Assembly: GCA_000165425.1 (NCBI GenBank)
Contig: CT868318.1
Coordinates: forward strand, 124,001-188,000
Length of the DNA stretch: 64,000 nucleotides
Direction: 5' to 3'
DNA from: Paramecium tetraurelia
Lineage: Eukaryota
The notes beneath the pieces were generated by a model, which saw nothing but the letters and a program-made list of their open reading frames with translations, did no database searches and was not told the DNA's origin. The position numbers and the translations under genes were made by a program. Each line of letters opens with the position of its first letter. Position 1 is the first letter of the stretch. Below, in pieces: positions 1 through 13,505 of the stretch.

Positions 1-3000
1 CAAGAGGATTTAGCTGTAGCTTGTGCTCTATGTCAAAGTGGTTATGCTTTTAGTTTTTTCACAGGACAATGTGAAAAATAACTTAACATCTTATTGGGAG
101 ATTCATGTTCCAGTTATTACATAAATTAATAAGGGAAATCAACATGTCTTGTTGACAAAGACTTTTCACTTAGTAGTACTGTTTACGATTGCAGATAATA
201 TTTGTCATAATGTATCACATGTACTAGGGTTCTTTAAAATACATATTATTGTCTCTAATGTGAATCTGGGTACTATTTGCATAACAATTATGGTGTTTGT
301 ATGTCTTGTATTGAATATAATCCTTTGTATTCAGAATGCGAATAAGTCCAAGTTTTTGAACCCTTATTTAAAATTGAATTGGCCCCTTTCTTTTTTAGTT
401 TAACTAAATAATATCCTGGGTAACAAGTTCTGGAAACTTTGAAAATCAAAGTTAAGTCATGTATCAGTACTTATGGTATTTTTAGTGATACCATTTGTTC
501 AAAAAGTGATTCAATAAATTGCGAATTTTATGATAGAGGATGCAGAACTTGTGCATCTACTAATGAGGGAACTAAAAGGCTTACCCTTATTAATTTAAAA
601 TGTTCCGATTGTCCTTATTTTTGCGAATATTGCAAGCCTCGTGAAATTCAGGACATATATTTAATTAATCCTTATACAAATGTAACTGCTACACTTCCTG
701 AGCTTACTTACAGATGCATTCAAAAATCCAGTATTCATAAAACTGTATTTTTTGATAATCGTATACAATTAGTCAGAATATGCTCTCAAGAAATTCCAAA
801 ATGCGAATTATATCACATCTAGGTATCCATTTATTAATATATACAGAAATTCACAAATTTAAAAACCTTTTACTCAGCCATGATATCCTTAAGCACAACT
901 AATGCCCTACAATATTATAATCTGAGAGGTAGTTCAGGATTTTCATTTTTTATTAACTCTAGCGCTACTTATTTAATGGATAATTCCTTTTTTTCTCTTT
1001 ATGATATACCAAACAATTATATATCATAGATTGTAAGTCTTAAATATACAAAATTCACTTATTTTTCTTAAAGTATTTCTTATGCCTTAATATTTGGAAA
1101 GCTCAGATTTCTAAATTTTTAGGAAATTTAGTTTATTCAAACTAGTATCCTCTTCAGCTTAACTTAATCATCTTAATTAATTTTTGAATCACTTGGATCC
1201 ATAAATCTTCTATTTGAAAACTGTATTATTGAAGATTCAAACACAACATTTAGTTATTATAATCAAATTTTTGATGTATCAATTTCATCTAGATCTTACT
1301 AAATTGCTGTATAAAACCCTTATAGAATCAATTTTACTAATGTCATCATTTCAAACATTTCCTTATTGAACACAACATTTCTTAATCTAACAACTGTAAA
1401 TAAATAAATTAACCAACTTGATTATATTTATTTTTAAAATGTAACATTTTTTAATTGTTCATTCTCCTAAACTAATATTATAAATTTGTTGGAGGCGAAT
1501 CAATATAAATATATTTCTATAATCCAATTGAGCTTTATAGATTGCAATTTTAGCAAAAGTTATTTTATTCATACATTTGGCTTACAACTAAAAGGCAAAT
1601 TTATACTTTAAAATTTAGTTATGAAGAATTGTTTTATGAGAAATTCAGCTTTAATAACTATTCCTGTTACTATAACTACGACAATTAATGATTTGCATCT
1701 TTAAAGCGTTTAGTTTTACGATACTGATTTCATTCAAGTATCTTCTTCAGCATTTATTTAAAACATTATTGTGTAAGATAGTAAGTTTTCGAATTCCAAA
1801 ATCATCCACAAAATCAAATCTCTCATATCCTCTGCTAAGGAGGAATATCTTATAGAAAATCTCTAAATATTCGATTGCTATTATTAGGAACTCAACATTG
1901 TATTAATGCCTTAATACAGTATTGAAGATATTAAAGTAACATTAAGATCTATTTAAACTTAAAGCCTTCATTCCCTTAATTATTATTTGAACATGGACTA
2001 TCCATTGTTTCAATTTTAAGTAGCTCAAATAATAATTGAAGATATTAAATTGATACGATAACCTGGATCTAAAGATTTTATCATTAAGGGTTGCGAGTAT
2101 GTTTCCATCTCAGATGTCTAAATACTATCCAATTTAGTTCAGATTTCATCTGATTCAAGCGAATTAATACAATAAACTTTAAATACTATATTTATCGTTG
2201 AGGCATAGTAATTGAAATTAGAAAACATTCATGTGTAAAATCAATTAAGTGTTAATGTCATTTTTTTTTATTTTAATCTAATTAAATTACAAGATTCATA
2301 AGATTGCTATTTAAGAATCTAAAATATACAACTTGATAATATTCAATTAATTAAACAGCAGTTTTCAGAAATATCAACAATATTTTATATTACAAGTTTG
2401 ATTGCTTAAAATATATCAATTTCGGAATCTTAATTTAATGGTATATTCCTTAATGAATTTGTTTAAGATACTAAAATATCATCTGCAGCAATTGCTGTTA
2501 TTGTTTCAGAACAGAGTAACATAAAATTGGAAAATAATTTAATAAATGATGTTGTTGTTCTGAATTCAAGTAATTCCATCTTCTTAATTTAAACTTAGTA
2601 TACTATCTTAGAAAACATTACTAGTGTTAATGTAAATCATTTTTAATCTTACATCAATAAATATAAATAGAAATTATTAATGCAATTTGATTTGATAAAC
2701 GCTCATTTCCTAATAAATTCATATGGAGGATTATATAATTTCTTAACCTAAAACCTAATAATATTTTCTTGTCATTTTGAAAATAGTGTAGGATTATGGG
2801 GAGGAGTCTTAAGCATCACAACTAAGTTTTTTGGATTAATTGATATCTAATAAACAATTTTCATTAACATGTCCACTAATGTTCATAAAAGTCAAGAGGG
2901 AAGAGGGGGTAGCATTTTCATTAATTCAGAAAATTCATACCTAAATTTAACTATTAAAAATACTTAATTTTTAAATTCAACAAGCGGCTTAGAAGGGGGT

Positions 3001-6000
3001 GTAATGTATATCAAACCTTCTCAATATTAGTGTTATTTGAAATTATAAAATGTTACCTTTAAAGACGTTTTTGCTGTTCATTACTCAGCTATATTTTTTT
3101 AAATAATTGAATCTAATTTTGATTAAATCTCCTCTATTGAATTATTCAATATTGAAATAGAAAATTAATTGTTACAATTTATTTCATTTTTAAAAGCCTA
3201 TTCGATAGATCTAACTGATTCAAAAATAAATGAATAATCTGCCTTGTTTTCTCTTAGGAATTTGTATAATATTATGTATTATTTAAAGCTAAATTTACTT
3301 GAATGGTCTAAAAGTTACCGGATTTTTCATTTAACCTATTCTTTACATAACTTATGTAAAATGCCTATTTATGGATAAACTAATTCTATATAATATAACA
3401 TCATTGTACAGTCCTCTAATCTATATTGAAAATATGCCATGTAATTATTAAATTTTATGATTTTAGAACACAAATCTGCACTCTTAATAAAATCAACCCT
3501 TATTACTTCCTTTAATGAACTTGATTAAAGTTTGATAAAAAAATATTCTTAAATTGAAAATATCAACTTGTCTAACCTAAATTTTGAATCCTTATTAGAA
3601 ATAGTTCTTAATACCAACCTTACTTCAGCTTAAGTAGTTTCACTCAATATGCAGAATAATAATTGCAAAACTTGTTAATCTGGATTAGTTAATATTAACA
3701 ATAAATAAGTAATCAAGAAGGTTAGATTGATAAATTTGTACTTCTTTTAAAATTCATGTGGTTTAGGATCTTGTTTATTCTTAAATTCTTTAATTAGTGA
3801 AATTTTTCACTTTTTGTCTTAATCTATATTTTGCTATAATTCTGCTCAAACTGGAGGTGCAATTTAATTAACCAACTTTAGATTGAAAATTCACTAAACA
3901 TTCTTTTTATCAAATGTGGCTTTTGGTTCTGGAGGTGCTATCTATTATTAAACTTCAAATTAGTCGCAATTACTATAATTTAAGTATGTAAGCTTTGTAA
4001 ACAATCAAGCCTAAATAGGAGGGGCTATTTATGATAAAAATAAATATAGTTTGGATTCCGTATCTTTCTAATTAATTAATAATAAAGCACATTATTTTGC
4101 CAATAATTTAGCCACAGAACCGACCCAACTCTCACTCCTAATCAATAATAAACCTACAAACAAAAAAAGTATAATGGTTGAAAATAAAACCATTTAGATT
4201 ATTAGTTATTTAAATGATTCTAAACTAACAAAATTTATATATATGCCTAGCGGAGTTTCCTTAAACAGCTATTAAAAGTTTAATATGAAAACTAGTGCTT
4301 ATTCTATGTTAAATTACAATTACACTCTTCAAGCTGTAAATTGTTTCAATGAATAAATTTATGATCTAAAACAGACTTAGTGCTAATTAAAGATCAATTA
4401 AATACAGAAAAATAAATCATAAGAAATAAGTAGAAACTCTGAGATTAAAGAGCTGATATTTGATGAAGAGGAATAGAGCTATGATCTAAAAGATCAGGTA
4501 TTTACTTTAGATCCATATCAAAATGATAGTTACTATCTATAAATTGACACTTCCTGCAATTCTTTTTCAACTAAAGATTATTATCTAAGATTCTTTGTAA
4601 AAACTTACCATTGTTAAATTGGAGAATATTTTGAAAACAATAAATGCTTAAAATGTGATAGCTTATAAGGATATTATTCAGTTGAACTTAAAAGTACTTA
4701 ATGTAATAGAATGAACATTTAAATGATAAAAAGCACTACTGGAGCAATGATAGAACTATAACCTGGCTATTGGCGACCCTTCTTTAAATCAAATAAAATT
4801 GAGTAATGCAAAAAATATCCAAACCGATGTCTCGGAGGATGGGATGTATCAGATAACTCATGTTTTATTGGATCATTTGGAGCATTATGTGAAGAATGCG
4901 ACTTATTTAATCTCAGAGGACAAGGATCTTATCTTAACAATAAAGAAAGCGTCTGCCAGTCATGTGGTAAATTTAGTGTTTAGTTAATATTCATGGTTTT
5001 AGAGTCTATATGGATTATTCTATTAATAATTCTGACTGTCAGAAGTAATAACCTTTCAAACAAATAGTTATTTAAGCTTAAATGCATATATCGCCACTAT
5101 CAAACTATCTATAAGCAAATGATGGATTAAACAAGCACTCTTATTAAAATGGCTAATAACAATTTTTAAATATTGTCACTAATTAGCACATTATAAATCA
5201 GCATTTTCTCGAGTCTGTCAAACTTTGTAATATTTTTAGGAGATTCTACTTATATTATAACATATTAACTTGATTGCTCTATTCCCTCAATTGCAACAAT
5301 ACAATACGAATATGCTCACTTTATAATAGTTTTACTTTTACCATTATTTCATTTTGGCAGTTGTTGTTTCGTATTTCTAATCTTTCTTGTTAAAAAATAT
5401 GTGACATTTTCAAAATCATATATATACTCTTCTATTATTTATATATACTGTTTAAATTTACAAAACATTATGAAATGGTAATCTATATTAATATTATTGA
5501 TGTTAGGGGCGTATCCTTAATCACTAAACGACAATTATCTGGGATTGATTGGATCTAAGCTAATGTTGCTAGTAGATATGACACGGAAACACATAGTCTT
5601 TGGTCAAAAAGATTCATATATCCAATTTTGATTCTATTAGGAGTCTTAATTCCAGCCTTCCTTTTTGTTTAAATGAAAAAAATAAGAAAATCTTTGGATG
5701 ATAGGAATTCAATTTAGAAGTTCTCATTTTTGTATAATGAATACACTGATAAGTCTTATTATTGGGAAATCATCAAGATGTTACAAAAGATATCAATAAT
5801 TTTAATCGTAAATTATTTTGAATAATCAATATTAATAAAGGGAATTTTTATGTTTCTTATAGTTTTAATTTACTATAAACTTTGCTTAGAAATTCAACCC
5901 TATAAATTATAATCCATAAGTTAGATTGATTGTAAGATTTCGTTTTTATTATCAATCACTCTTATTTGCAGTGTTTTACTATATGTGATCTAATAGGAAG

Positions 6001-6410
6001 ACCTATTTTATTTGAGTTATGCAACACAAATTATAATAGTGTTCCTGATATACAAATAAGCAGAATTTCTTTTGAGGAGGATTTTGATAGTATATGTTTA
6101 AAGACTCAACCTACAATTAGATAAGCTAAGGCAGGAAATTCTCTTCAGATTTCCAAGAATATATATTTAATATGTGTGTCTGAGACCATACTTAATGTTA
6201 AGAAAGGAATAGCAAGAGAGAATTTAATTGAGATTCAAAAAGATTCGATAATATATAAAAACTTAATAGAGATACGTCAAGGAGAAAAACATCTATTTTA
6301 GCCATACTTAGAGAGAATCAAGTTTGATTGGATCTTACCCTCCAACTTATAATTCGAGTCGCCGTCTTTACACTGGAGAGAATGGGCAAATATTAAAATC
6401 AAGTGAATGA
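1..6410 (+). CDS. Giant ciliate multi-pass membrane protein, 5'-truncated by the window: Cys-rich region, beta-helix-like GG(A/S/V)I repeats, C-terminal multi-TM bundle
   Basis: Open in code 6 from base 1 (QEDLAVACALCQSGYAFS...). Repeated GGVLSI/GGSIFI/GGVMYI/GGAIQL/GGAIYY/GGAIYD motifs; LQPGYWRP...CKKYPNRCLGGW...CFIGSFGALCEECD cassette; several hydrophobic helices and FLYNEY..KSYYWEIIK. Introns at ~3264-3288, ~3441-3466 and 5478-5506. TGA at 6408-6410. Confidence 0.85.
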
Positions 6411-6542
6411 AATATTTTTTTTTTGGGCTATTTGGATTATAAATAAATTAGATTATAAAAAAATCATTATTTACAATTAAGTATGAATATCGCAAATTAA
6501 TTAATTATAATTATAATCGTAATAAATAAATAAATAACGATT

Positions 6543-7481
6543 TCATTAAAAATCTAATATCGTCTTTGCTACACATGGTCTCTTTATTCTTGATTGATGT
6601 ATTGCAACTCTTTATGGTAAGGTGAGCGCTTATAATTAAAAATATGTTAAGAAATTTCTCTCCAAATTGTCAACATTTAATTACCTTCTATCACAAGAAT
6701 ATATATAATAAATATATTGATTGGATATCTTTTATGAAGAATCTGATTAAATGAAATTTTTTATTATTATTCGGGAGCCGAAAATTCCTCCTTGAAAATT
6801 TATTAAATTGGAAATAAAAGAAATTCCCTCTCTTACTTTAATAATTTAGGAAATGTCCCAACATGCAGGTAGTAAATCTTCCTTCGATATATAGTCTTCT
6901 AAAATTTCTTCATTTATGCCCATCATTCTTAAGAATTCATAATTCATTTTTTTCTTAATTCCGATCAACTTCCCATCAACGAAGAGAAGATTCAGACGTT
7001 CATAGGGCTTATCAATATTTTTTTCTAATTAGATTCTTGCATTTTCAGTTATTGCTTCACATGGTAATCGGCTATAAAAATTCATCATTTCATCATCTTC
7101 TAAATTATGTCTTCCTTAAAATCCAGTATTTTGACTAAAAAATGATAAAGTATATTCAACGAATTCTTTATCATATTTCCCTTCTAAAATTTTACCTTTC
7201 ATTAAAAATTTGTCGATAAATAATGCTCCTAATGGTCGACTTGTATATCCATTTCTTTTTTATGATTACTCGACTCTATATGAACATGTAACTTAGTATC
7301 TCTAATTCCCTTGCTCTGCTTGATTAGGTCGAGCTAAATATAAAGAATGGTGATTACATCTACTTGGTTTTACAAACTAAGTTTTCTATTTGGTTATGGG
7401 CTTATGCAAAATTTAAGAAGACTTTTTCTTCTAAAGCCTGTTTCTACTGGAAGAAGAAACCAAGGAATGAATTGAAGTCAT
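6543..7481 (-). CDS. Uncharacterised protein (~312 aa)
   Basis: Uninterrupted 939-nt code-6 ORF, MTSIHSLVSSSSRNRLQKKK...RPCVAKTILDFQ*. No recognisable domain. Confidence 0.75.
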
Positions 7482-8162
7482 AAGATGCAAATATTAAAAG
7501 GAATGATAAATACTTAAAACTGGCAATTATGAATGCCCTTTTAAAAGTCATAATTAATTACAACTTAATAGTAATTAGCTAAAGACAAGATTTGTAATTA
7601 ATGTATTATGCAAATGATAAATTTTATAAATACATACTTAATAATCGATATTATAATTTATGATCACCGAAACTATCATACTTTATAATTTTATTTGTGG
7701 CTCACTTCAAATATTAACATTATTCCTTTTCTCCAAAAACATTCTCCCTTTAATCTAATTTAAAAATATTTGGTAAATATTTTATGTTAGCTTTTCCAAA
7801 TATATTATTTAAATAATTAATTCATTTATTCCAATATGTCAAAATACCTATTAGTTTCTTCACCAAAATATTGGGAGTTTATCCCATAAGTTCATACACA
7901 ATTCAAATGTATTTGAAACTTGCCACCTTACTTAAAGGTTTGATTTTTTATTTTTTATTAATAAATATTAAAAATTTAATTTATAGCATTTTATTAAAGT
8001 TAATATCTATAATCTATAATCTGCTATATAACTCTCCATCAATTTTAATTAATTAATATATTTTTCTTTACCAATTCCAGCAACCTTCATTTTTCATCAA
8101 CTAAATAGAAATGATGTAAATTTAAAAATATAAAATACACTAAATTATAACAAATTGTAAAA

Positions 8163-9976
8163 TCAATGTTGTTTCCAAGCTTAATACTACTTTTAAATTC
8201 TATGTAAAATTTCTATCTCCTCAATTCTTTTCCTGTCTTCGTAGTATTTTTGAAAATTTATTTGAATACAGCAATCCATTTACGGCTTCTTTACTATATT
8301 TCTAAAACATAAGAATATTATGAGATCATAGACAAATATGGTATCAATTTTCTTTTCTATTGAATAGGTTTGGTGTTTTATTAATAGGGTTTTTAAGTCT
8401 CTAAAATCTATTAATATATGGGTTCCAATTACTTGAGCCCAAAATGAAAACACTAATTCTTTAAAATTTATCATTTATTGCCAATAATCAAAGTATTCAT
8501 TTTCCTCTAATACTACTATCCTTATAAGCATCTCCTCTTTCTATTATAGAGAACTTTTCTAATTGAAATTAAGCATCATATAATTGCTCTTTCCATTTTA
8601 TGAATTCCTTTCTAGAAATATCGAAATCTCTTTAAGTGCTCTATCTAATTTTCTACAAATCATTTTAGTGATATTCAGAAGTCATCAATTCAAGCCAATC
8701 TTGAGGATCAATCTCTATGATTCCTGATTCGTTGCAATCAAACAGCAGCATCTAGTTTAAGGATGAAAACACACAATAAATTCGTTTGTAAAGTAAAAAC
8801 ATCGACTTAATATACAAATCTTCTGGTATTAAGTTCGCTTAATCAATTTTTTTTTAACTTTCCAATTCTTTGGCTACTTACAAGTAATAATATCCAATGG
8901 ATTTTTCGAATTCTAAGTGATCTTTTGCTTTTCTGGCTCTATTCAATATATTTTAATGAGCCAAATAATTTCTATAAATAACATTTAGATTTACAATGTT
9001 TGTCTTCTTCCATACTCTTACATTTCATCTTATTCCTTATCCGATAAACTTATACTTGCACTTTAGAGTAAAAAATTATTTAAAGTCAAATCTTCGACTG
9101 AATCTTATGTTGATAGTGTATACATAGGATCCTATTCAATTTTGATCGCTTTATGATTAAAGAAGTCCTACCATGAAATCCTATTATTTTCATCAATAAC
9201 CAGCATCCGCTTTAAAAGATCTTTAGTTGGTTCAGATAATGTACATCCTTCAGGAATGAGATTGTCAACTAGCGATTAATGTATAATATACTTTTTTATT
9301 GAATTTTCTTTAATAATTTTAATGGGTTGACTTCTTCCCATGGATACTCTCTAAATAACATAAAGTAGAAAGTAACACCCAAAGACCACATATCACTTAA
9401 ACTATTATAGGATTCTTATTTTATTATTTGTGGAGACATGAAAACTGGTGTACCACTAAAAGTCTGAAATTTTCCACTCTAATTTGATTGATCCATCACT
9501 TTAGCTAATCCGAAGTCTGCAACCTTGACTTACCCATTATGTAACAATAAGTTTTATGGTTTTATATCTCTATGAATAATCTTTTTGCTAACTAAATATT
9601 TGAATGCAGAAGCTATTTATCTAAAGAACACAACCACATCTTCTTCCGAGAGATTATGATTCAAGATAAAATCTTCAAGAGCCCCTTGATTACAGTATTC
9701 TGTAACCAAATACATATACTCTTCATTCTTTTTTGCATCAATAAAGCCTACAATGTTTAAGTGATTTATTTTTCTTAACACATTGATTTCTTGTAATAGT
9801 GACACTGTTACTTCTGGAGATGCTTTGACAGGTATTTCTTTAATGGCTAAGAATACTTTTTCATCACCAGTTCCTTTAGCGTAAAACCCCAAGTAAACAG
9901 TACCACAACTTCCTTTGCCCAACTATTTCTAGGTGTCTATCATATATTTATCAATCTAAATGTAGCGAGATTTCAT
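8163..9976 (-). CDS. Ser/Thr protein kinase, ULK/Atg1-like ciliate family; possible frameshift in the C-terminal region
   Basis: MKSRYIQIDKY..LGKGSCGTVY, AIK, HRDIKPQNLL, DFG, GTPVFMSPQ, DMWSLG. Two 23-nt introns (~9269-9291, ~8972-8994). Helical C-terminal domain ends ...QAWKQH*. Frame change near 8550 (see findings). Confidence 0.9.
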
Positions 9977-10283
9977 TATAATATATTATTATTATATTGA
10001 TAACAAAAATATAAAACACATATTTCTTAATAATTATATTAGTCATATTTCCTTTTTTGCATATACATATAATTATAATTATGTAGTTGAGCAGAATCAA
10101 GGATAAATATTTAATATCCAAACAAGAAGCACTTAACAAGGTACAATTCCAACAAAAGTATTAAGCATTCTCTTGAAAAAAACTAAAAAATTGAAGATGT
10201 TTAAAATGTTATATGGCAAACACAAAAACAGTCAAATAATAATTAAATTATCTACATTATGAATTTATAAACACATAAATTAA

Positions 10284-12792
10284 TCATTCAAAAATAAAAT
10301 CATCTTAATTTTTACTTATATCTTAAATCATTAAATTGAGAATGTCAAGATTGTATCCAGCAATTTTCTTCTCTTTCTTAAAATAGATTTGTAATTAAGT
10401 TCTGATATTTATCACTTTCATCATAATTTCATGTGAATTGAATCCAAATCCATCAACCTTATTAAAGATATAAGTTATTAACTTATTAATGATGATGGGA
10501 TACTATTTTAATGCTAAATCTTAATTCATTTCGTCTATCAAAGTTACCAAATGTTGATGATGCAAAAATTTCATAAGGGAACTCAAGTCTGAATTTTAGA
10601 GATTATCAAATAAATACTCAGTGACATTTTTATTATAAAATAGATCTTCATTTGGAACCTCACCTTAATCAATAGTTTCTCTATACTGTTTAATCTTTTC
10701 CAGAATGTCCATTAATTATTCAGTTTCTAATAGTTTTTATTATCCAATCTACACTAAAGTTAAATCTTTTTTGACTTAATCTAAGCCTTAATCAAATCCA
10801 GTTTATTATTTATTCTTATTTTATAATTCTTACATCAAAGTTTCTTGCAATCTCTTTTCCTCCTCTTCCGAAACAAAAATTTATTCTTTGGTTTGAACAT
10901 ATTTTCTAATGACTCCATTTTTTGTTGCTGAATAAAACAAATCTCCAATACACCCAACAGCCATTGATTATACTCCAGCTAATGCTTCATTAAATTGCAA
11001 TATTAATTAATATGTATCTCCATCCCAATATTTAATGATATTGTCTTTGCATCCACTAAAGAAATAGTGAGTTTCATTTACTGTTTTTATTTAAATAACT
11101 TCTGCTGTATGAGCTTTAAGGGTTTTCTTACAATTTCCAAAATCAGTTGCCCATAATTTAATGCTCTTATCTGCACCTGCTGAAATTACTATTGTATCAT
11201 CTGAAGTATAAGCAAAAGTTAAAACGGGTAATGAATGCCCATATAATTCAAGATACAATTTATGAGAGTCACAGTAATAGATTGATACAATATTATTCAT
11301 TTGGGCAAATGCATAGTAATTTCCATCATATGAAAATTAAGCACTTCTAATATTTTCCTTTAAATAGATTGTATTAACCACTTAGAATTCCAAGCATTTT
11401 TAAGTTTTATTAAAAAATAACTCGACAAAATTCACTTTCTTATCTATTTCAGTTGTCATTATTACTAAACCATTAAATGCCTTACAATTCTCATGGCATT
11501 CAATACTGTTAATATTTGAATTATGAATTTTCTATTCAAAAACAATTTCATTTTGATTCATATCAACCAAATATAAGGTTCCTTATTCATCCCCTACCAT
11601 AAAATATTTATTTTTTGGCAAAATGCATAAAGAAGTTAAATTACTTGTATTAGTGAGACAGTTGACCTACTAAGCCGTTTCGTTATCAAATTAATAACAT
11701 TTGTTTGATGCGATTACTACCAATTTGTGATCATTTTAAGTTAATTTAATTTATTTGACCTGACCTGTAATCTATTAAATTGCTACATTATTATTTTCAT
11801 CCACATTATCATTATTTAATTCTTTGATTACTATTTAATTGTCAGATGTGAATATATAGATTTTCAATAGGTTTTTAAATACCATTGCTTAAAAATATAC
11901 AATCTTATTCAATTAAGATATGACAGTGCTATAAATTAGGGATTGACTAAAGTTTTCAGCTTTTTGTAGCTTCTTTCCTTATTTTGACTTATAAACTTCA
12001 ATTTTCTTTTCATTATCTAAAATATTGAAAAAACTTACTTAAAATCAACAATTTTTATTAAACGAATTGGCATTGGACTGCTCTAATAAAGGATTATCTT
12101 TTAATAATTCCATCATTATCAATCTGACACTTGCCTGAAATCAATTAACATGATTTAATAAGAACTTCATCAGAATTGGTGCAGATAAGCAAATAATTTT
12201 CGTAGACACATAAACATGTGACTTCACTATGCATACTTGATAGAGTGGCTATAGAACATTCTAGATTCAAATCCCATATTTTGACGAGTCCATCTTTACT
12301 ACCTGATACAATGAATTATTAGGTTATAGCAAGACTTTAATCTTCAAGGCTAATGATATCCAAGGCAGTTATTTAATTTGAATGTCCTATCAATCTAAAT
12401 TACAATTATTAATCTGCTAGATCCCAAACAATAATAGAAGTGTCACAACTTCCACTTATTAAAACTGCCTCACTCAAAAATACCAATTAGGTTATTTCAC
12501 TCTGATGGTTAAAAAATCTGCATTAAACTTCATTATCAATCAGATTATATATTATTATTTCACCATCATGATATCCTATTGCCAAAGTGTTGTCTTTTAT
12601 AGCAATTTTTGTAATTTTTATGTTCTTACCTTCAATTACTATTTATTAAATAATCTCTTGTGTCTTTATATTTAGCAAAAGCAAATATTAATCTACTATT
12701 GTATATGCGATATCGTTTATTATTACTCCTCCATTGTTGCCAATACTACCAAAAAGAGTCTCAAATTTATATCCAAAATAGGCTTTTACCAT
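10284..12792 (-). CDS. UTP12: WD40 U3 snoRNP / SSU processome protein Utp12/Dip2/WDR3 (~828 aa)
   Basis: N-terminus MVKAYFGYKFETLFG; WD repeats including SGSKDGLVKIWDL, LYGHSLPVLTF...SAGADKSIKLWATDFGNCKKTLKAH and SGCKDNIIKYWDGD; C-terminus ..GYNLDIL. One 22-nt intron keeps the frame. Confidence 0.9.
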
Positions 12793-13048
12793 AAATAATT
12801 AATTAATTATTTTTAATGAAATTCAGAGAAATACTAAATAATACTTAAAAAAGCTAAATAAATCATCAGCTTCAATTAATGTGATATTTAAGAATTATTT
12901 TATATGAATTAATTAGAGATTTATTTAGATTCTAAATAATTTTGAGGAAATAGATAGGTGAGGATAAGAAGTTAATATGCAAAAGGAGTTAGTTAAGTAT
13001 TTCAATTGAAATATTTAATTATTATTAATATAATTTTTATTAATTAAT

Positions 13049-13303
13049 ATGGTATTGGCTAAGGTAGCATTAGGAACAGCAGGTGCAGTGACTGTTGGAT
13101 ATTTACTTGTTCCACCTTTCAATAGAAAGTTGGAAAGAAACGTTCTCAGACCAATTAGAAATTATAGAAGACACTTACAGTAAGAGGATTCATTTAAAAC
13201 AGAAGTAAAATTTGTCATGTAATTTTCTTAGGAAGAATTCTATTAATTTTTAGGAAGCGTAGCATTAGGGAGCTTGAAAATGTTTACAATCGAAAGCGAT
13301 TGA
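13049..13303 (+). CDS. Small protein (~75 aa) with an N-terminal hydrophobic/TM helix
   Basis: MVLAKVALGTAGAVTVGYLLVPPFNRKLERNVLRPIRNYRRHLQQEDSFKTE, 27-nt intron 13205-13231, then EEFYQFLGSVALGSLKMFTIESD*. GC-richer than its flanks. Confidence 0.75.
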
Positions 13304-13505
13304 ATAATTATTACATATTAATATAAAATGAAGATAAAATTAAGTAGCTCCATTTATTAATTTGAATAATTTTTGGAAGTTTATTCCTTGTACTATTCTT
13401 TTAATGTATTCGAATGCTGATAGATAAAATATTCGAAGAATTGAATAGTCATATAAATTATGTAGAAAATTGAATGAATATGTGATTGATGTCAAAATTA
13501 ATTAT

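Noticed and set aside
8500..8640. Retained IES explaining the kinase frame change
   Set aside because: No TA-bounded segment of suitable length with TAYAG-like ends was found.
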